From Malacoraja senta (taxonomy: Eukaryota), in NCBI GenBank assembly GCA_038087875.1, contig CM075991.1, positions 7,504,001-7,568,000 of the forward strand: DNA of 64,000 nt, read 5' to 3'. The notes beneath the pieces are model-generated. The model was not told the origin of the DNA. It saw only the letters and a list, made by a program, of their open reading frames with translations, and searched no databases. Below, piece after piece: positions 62,171-64,000 of this stretch. Within the stretch, counting starts at the first letter, position 1; every line of letters begins with the position of its first letter. The position numbers and the translations under genes were made by a program.

Positions 62171-63490
62171 ATGGGGCTGTGACACATCCCTCCCTATCCA
62201 CATTCTCCAGAGATGCTGCCTCTCTACTCCAGCACTATGTGTCTTTTTCTAATTAAAAAGTGGTGTTGATCTCGATATATTATGCACCAAAGTGATGCCT
62301 CAGAGATAACATTTTATTTTGCCAAACTCACTGGCGGCATCAATGATGTCAATTTACATTGTATTACATTTACCGTAGTAGTAATCAGATGTTGTGTAAG
62401 AGAGAGAGAAAGAAACGTAGATATCCAAACTGTTGGCAATATCAAGAGCTGTTGGACTATATGGGCCTGAAAGATTTCATCCACAAGACAAAGCCCTCAC
62501 CTATTATTCAATTCCCTGTAGACAGGATTTCATAGTTCTTTTCTGTGAGCTGTAGAATTCAGTTGTTTAAATCTCAAGCTGTGCTCGGGGTAATGCAATC
62601 AAGTTGCTCTGCCAAGGCAGGTCAGGAGAATCTCTCCAAGGTCATGAGAGTGGTGATTGAATGTCTTCTTCCTTGGCGACATAAATTTCTTAACAGACGT
62701 TCCCTCGCACTGATTCTGTTTCGAATTGAACTGAGCTACTCCCTGCCTGGCAAATGGATGGCGGGGCGATAGGACACCTTTTGTGAGGACGCAGATTAAA
62801 ACACGATCAGGATTTGATGGGGAGAAAAAGAATGCTCTCGGGCTTCGAACTGTGCATTTGAAGAGAAGCACAAAGGGAAATGTTTGAACCAAGGGTTTTG
62901 TCTGATCATTTTGCTGACGGGTGAGCTCTCACAGGGTGACGCTTCCCCCTCCAGTTCTCAAAGCACAACAACATTGTTGACAATCAAACTACAGAGAGAG
63001 TCGGCACAGATCTCTTTGTTGTTGTGCGACCAGGCAAGCAATCCACCTGAGTAAGACATCAAAGACAGCAGAGACGTTGGGAAATGAATGTTGCAACATC
63101 GGGTTGTCTATGTCAGCTGGATGTACTCGAATAGCACAAAGGTGAAATGATGCTTTGGGTTGTCAAGGTAACATTGACGATGATATCGTCCTGATGGGTT
63201 GATCATTCCGGCCTTTTTATTTTCCACCATAAGCCTGATGATTGGCAGAGCTTTCTTCAGGCCAAATGGATTCCATGCTTTTCTTGTAGGAAGAAATATA
63301 TAGACCATATTTCCATAGTGCTTATACTGTGCTGCAAATTTCTGTTGTTCGAAACTTGAAACTCTGCTTTGGGCAATGCAACATGGATGCCCTATCAAGG
63401 ACAAGAAGATGGCAATTACATTTCATCTTTGAAATAAAGCACAGGATACCCGAAGAATGGAAAAGAAGGAGCAACAAGCAAGAAGTAATG

Positions 63491-63602
63491 TACAGAAATG
63501 AACTGCCGTCTGAAGAAGGGTTCCGACCCGAAACGTCACCCATCCTTTTTCTCCAGGGATGCTGCCCGACCCGCTGAGTTACTCCAGCACTGAGTCCATC
63601 CT
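63491..63602 (+). mobile_element. 112-bp Penelope-derived hammerhead unit with 16-bp TSD
   Basis: Core CTGAAGAAGGGTTCCGACCCGAAACGTC at 63510; CAAGCAAGAAGTAATG at 63475-63490 and 63603-63618. Confidence 0.8.
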
Positions 63603-64000
63603 CAAGCAAGAAGTAATGGCGTCCAAGGATATCAGCAAAGGTGGCAAGTCAGGTATTCTGCGGTTTCAGTGATGAAGGGAGGGTTCAGGTGATACTGGCA
63701 TTAGGTTTGGAGCTGCACAAACTTCAAGATTTTCTTTTCTCTGCAACCAAGTTGAAATATTTCTGTCTGTCTTCTAAGATGGTGGGCAGTGAGTACAATT
63801 TTCCTAATGCACTGGCGTTTATGCTTTTTATGAAACTGTAGGAATGGTGCAAATGGTTTTAAGTTCAATAAAGGCATTGATTCTCACCATCCTTACTTAC
63901 TCAGAAGTAAAGCCCTAATTTAATCTTCAGGTCAGATAAGGGTGGTTGATGCTCAGTAAACACCTCGATCCTTCCATACTGGAAACTAAAGCCCCTATAT

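Overview
Eukaryotic, repeat-dominated, non-genic (intergenic or deep intronic) window. The repeat set (CR1 LINEs, HE1/V-SINE-like tRNA SINEs, Neptune-type Penelope-like elements, Rex1/Babar, DeuSINE-like relics) points to a cartilaginous fish, probably a skate or ray; this is an inference from recalled family features. I recognise no host protein-coding exon. The recognisable long ORFs are retroelement-derived; the other long ORFs fall in low-complexity DNA, N-gaps or repeats. There are three 200-N scaffold gaps. Main points: (1) a structurally complete DIRS1-type tyrosine-recombinase retrotransposon (52875-58550, minus) with ITRs, an ICR spelling the circular junction, an ATT crossover trinucleotide, and gag/RT/RNaseH/adenine-methyltransferase/YR remnants; its ends match the ICR almost perfectly while its ORFs are dead, and it carries a nested Rex1 LINE. 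(2) Dozens of Penelope-derived repeats with a minimal hammerhead-ribozyme motif, several inserted as stand-alone 84-112 bp units with their own target duplications. (3) Five PIF/Harbinger-type MITEs with shared termini, a TAG-ended DNA transposon, a Helitron-like element with internal minisatellites, a solo LTR, deep nested insertions and a 2.1 kb complex (CA)n array.
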